Shown here one piece after another: positions 61,666 to 64,000 of a stretch of DNA of 64,000 bases; the stretch's first letter is position 1; each line of letters begins with the position of its first letter. The stretch lies in IMG/VR virus record IMGVR_UViG_3300042544_001887; one strand, written 5' to 3'. The position numbers were made by a program, and so were the translations under genes. Origin of the DNA: a virus. Taxonomy: Duplodnaviria; Heunggongvirae; Uroviricota; Caudoviricetes. The notes beneath the pieces were generated by a model. The model worked only from the letters and a program-made list of their open reading frames with translations, was not told the origin of the DNA and did not search any database.

Positions 61666-62137
61666 TATTTTTAAAACACGCCATACTCACAGATGGGAAT
61701 TGGTTGCGTGTAACGACAACTATCATACTGAATACACAGATACTGGTAAAAAAATATATTGGAAACAGCGTTTTTACAAATGCAGTTGCGGTGCTCGCAA
61801 ACACGAAGACAATCGTAATCAGTATCAAACTCACGAAGGAATTGATGCTGCTAAGAAAAACTGGATTGATGCTGGTGTTGTTCCGAACGGCAGTTATTAC
61901 CCCGGAACACAAAATGGCTATGTCAAGATTGATGATGTTCCCCAGGATACGTTAGATCCAATTGAAAAATTAAATAAAAATCTCGAAGAGTTGTTCAACA
62001 TGATGAGTGTAATTAAAAGAGACTATGATCTTGAAAAAAAGTATCCTAAGTTAAAAACTCTTGCAGACAAATACAATCAAGAGCTAAGTAAGTATAGAAC
62101 GTTTGAATCATTGAAAGGTAAAGACAATGTCACATGA
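61655..62137 (+). CDS. Hypothetical protein (CSCG motif)
   Basis: Overlapping operon. Confidence 0.7.
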   Translation: MMFSIFKTRHTHRWELVACNDNYHTEYTDTGKKIYWKQRFYKCSCGARKHEDNRNQYQTHEGIDAAKKNWIDAGVVPNGSYYPGTQNGYVKIDDVPQDTLDPIEKLNKNLEELFNMMSVIKRDYDLEKKYPKLKTLADKYNQELSKYRTFESLKGKDNVT

Positions 62138-62333
62138 TTTTATATATTTTGAAAACAGCCTTGAAGACGACGACTACGGACTTGTTGTAGGAAAAGATGG
62201 AATGCTAAAAGGAATTTGGGTTCCGAAAGGTCTGGAAAACGAAGAAGACGTGCCATCTACTGTAGCTAGAGTATGTATAGAATATTTTGGACTAGATCCT
62301 AACGACGAAAGCAACTACGGAGTCATTCATTAA
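62127..62333 (+). CDS. Acidic hypothetical protein
   Basis: Overlapping operon. Confidence 0.7.
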   Translation: MSHDFIYFENSLEDDDYGLVVGKDGMLKGIWVPKGLENEEDVPSTVARVCIEYFGLDPNDESNYGVIH

Positions 62334-62569
62334 TGACACCGTTAGAAATTGCTGAGTACAAAATGCGGTGGATGCGTGATGGCGGATACAGTATTCGCCT
62401 TCACAGTGACCTTGACGTAGCAGGTAAGGACTGGTGTCGTAAAAATATTGAACGCCATCAATGGAGTTTTGAAGCGTATACTGCTATCTATCAGCATACC
62501 TTTTATTTCGAAGATCAAGCGGTAAGCCAACAATTTGCACAAGAATTTCACAATTGGGTGCAGCGTTGA
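62333..62569 (+). CDS. Hypothetical protein
   Basis: TAATG coupling. Confidence 0.7.
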   Translation: MTPLEIAEYKMRWMRDGGYSIRLHSDLDVAGKDWCRKNIERHQWSFEAYTAIYQHTFYFEDQAVSQQFAQEFHNWVQR

Positions 62570-62757
62570 AAGTGTTAATGATTGACCCACCAGAAGGATG
62601 GAAATACGGGTTTCCTAAACCAGTACATGAAGAATATTATACACTAGGCGAAGATTTTGATCTTGGGCGGTGGCTGGTTTCTGAAGGATATCCTGCCAAA
62701 GACGTCGAATTGGCACTAAAGTACAGTAGATATTTGGAGATAGACAATGAAGGCTGA
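62566..62757 (+). CDS. Conserved phage protein (IDPPEGWKYGFPK)
   Basis: Recurrent phage motif; TTGA overlap. Confidence 0.7.
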   Translation: MKVLMIDPPEGWKYGFPKPVHEEYYTLGEDFDLGRWLVSEGYPAKDVELALKYSRYLEIDNEG

Positions 62758-63103
62758 AACACCAGCAGAAGGCATTCTAAAAACTACCGAATGGGGAGAC
62801 AGCAAGTGGTATCACATTCGTTGTGAATGTGGCAGTGACGATTGCAGCCACGAACTAAATGTGGAAGCAGACGATGTTGAAGTTCAAGTTCACATCTATG
62901 TAAAGAATCGTACCAAGTGGTGGGAGCGGAATCGTTGGAAGCAAATTTGGCAAATCCTTACTCGAGGATATGCAGAAATGCAAACAACAATTGTTTTGAA
63001 AGAACAAGTTGCCATCAATTATGCCGAGACTCTTAAGAGTGCAGTTGCAGATGTAAAACAATTCAAAGCCGATTACTGGGCAAAAAAGGAAGCGACAAAA
63101 TGA
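62747..63103 (+). CDS. Hypothetical protein (CECG..H motif)
   Basis: GGAG; overlapping operon. Confidence 0.75.
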   Translation: MKAETPAEGILKTTEWGDSKWYHIRCECGSDDCSHELNVEADDVEVQVHIYVKNRTKWWERNRWKQIWQILTRGYAEMQTTIVLKEQVAINYAETLKSAVADVKQFKADYWAKKEATK

Positions 63104-63309
63104 CCGAAGACGAAATACTTAAAAAAGCTGAAGAAATTAAAGCAGCTAGAGAAAAAGATAATAGAACTAAAAGTTTTAAAAATGGAACAAAGTTTTATGT
63201 TAGATGGGAGTGCAGATTTCAAGAATACGGTTGCTCTTCTGATCAAGTTGTAGTAAATTATAGTGATATTGAAGAACTTGTTCTTAGAAAATTAAAAGAA
63301 CAAAATTAA
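63100..63309 (+). CDS. Hypothetical protein
   Basis: ATGA overlap. Confidence 0.7.
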   Translation: MTEDEILKKAEEIKAAREKDNRTKSFKNGTKFYVRWECRFQEYGCSSDQVVVNYSDIEELVLRKLKEQN

Positions 63310-63329
63310 ATTTCACATAGAGAAGAAAA

Positions 63330-64000
63330 ATGAAAATCAAGATCGGCCCGTATAAGAATTGGTTTGGCCCTTATCAGTTGGCTAAAATGATCATGTTTTG
63401 GGTTCCTGACGAAAAAGACGAGTACGGGTTTTCCCATACCGCTGATCGTGTTCATAAGTTTGGTGAATGGCTTGCTCATGGTAGTATCCGCCCTGAGCCT
63501 GCTGTAGACGAAGTATATGACTTTGGCGACGAACGTCCTGACACTTGGATCTACCGACTGCTACTGTGGATTGATCGTAAGAAAAAGCGTAAGATCAAAG
63601 TTCATATCGATCGCTGGGATACCTGGGGCATGAGTGAGACTTTAGGCTACATTGTTCGTCCTATGCTTAAACAACTGAATGAAAATAAGCACGGTGCACC
63701 TTATGTTGACGACGAAGACGTTCCTGAGCATCTGCGTAGTACTGCGGCCCCTGAACTTTCGCAAGATAAAAAAGATACTGGTCACACCGATGACAATCAT
63801 TTCAAGCGGTGGGATTGGGTCATGGACGAAATGATCTTTGCGTTTGAAAGTCTTGATGGCGGTGCTAATGCGGATTGGGAAGATCAGTTTACCACTGGAA
63901 AATATGATTATCGTCTTAAAAAACAAGACAACGGTACTAGTCTAATGGTCCACGGTCCTAATCACACTGCTGAAACAGATTGGGAAGGTCGCAAAGCATA
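63330..64000 (+). CDS. Conserved phage protein, truncated by window end
   Basis: MKIKIGPYKNWFGPYQLA..IDRWDTW..HGAP.VDDEDVP; no stop before 64000. Confidence 0.8.
   Translation, partial: MKIKIGPYKNWFGPYQLAKMIMFWVPDEKDEYGFSHTADRVHKFGEWLAHGSIRPEPAVDEVYDFGDERPDTWIYRLLLWIDRKKKRKIKVHIDRWDTWGMSETLGYIVRPMLKQLNENKHGAPYVDDEDVPEHLRSTAAPELSQDKKDTGHTDDNHFKRWDWVMDEMIFAFESLDGGANADWEDQFTTGKYDYRLKKQDNGTSLMVHGPNHTAETDWEGRKA

Noticed and set aside
1-64000. Stop-codon recoding, prophage or bacterial chromosome
   Set aside because: Conserved genes end correctly at TAA, TAG or TGA under code 11; no integrase, att site or host housekeeping operons

Overview
This 64-kb window is part of a large lytic T4-like (myovirus-type) phage genome, not a bacterial chromosome. 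An alphaproteobacterial host (possibly Rhodobacteraceae) is inferred from the permuted two-piece tmRNA, alpha-type PstS, DUF1127 peptide, ROSE-like leader and PcyX. Layout: (1) 1-4.1 kb, GC-richer minus-strand early genes, nearly each with its own sigma70 promoter and a shared leader motif. (2) 4.1-7.1 kb, a strand-switch region with a hairpin-rich non-coding stretch, 22-bp-period repeats and four co-oriented ACAGCGGGGCC motifs (origin- or terminus-like). (3) 7.1-30.6 kb, late/virion genes driven by TAAATA boxes, many apparently leaderless. These include candidate head-packaged effectors (ADP-ribosyltransferase, HExxH protein, GNAT-KTSC), tail-fibre proteins, an unannotated operon of small proteins and a probable -1 frameshift at 27559-27568. 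(4) 30.7-38.6 kb, nrdAB, glutaredoxin, PAAR, nucleotidase, Pho-box-preceded pstS and tmRNA. (5) 38.6-57.4 kb, an auxiliary-gene island: porin, secreted nuclease, bS21, guaC, Hsp20, ClpS, hemO-pcyX, a csgF-csgG-curlin-FecR-lectin/curlin-beta-barrel-CHASE2 adenylate cyclase module, and ornithine decarboxylase. (6) 57.4-64 kb, a candidate structured ncRNA, IF-1, TilS and hypothetical genes. All calls come from motif recognition by eye; no database searches were run.
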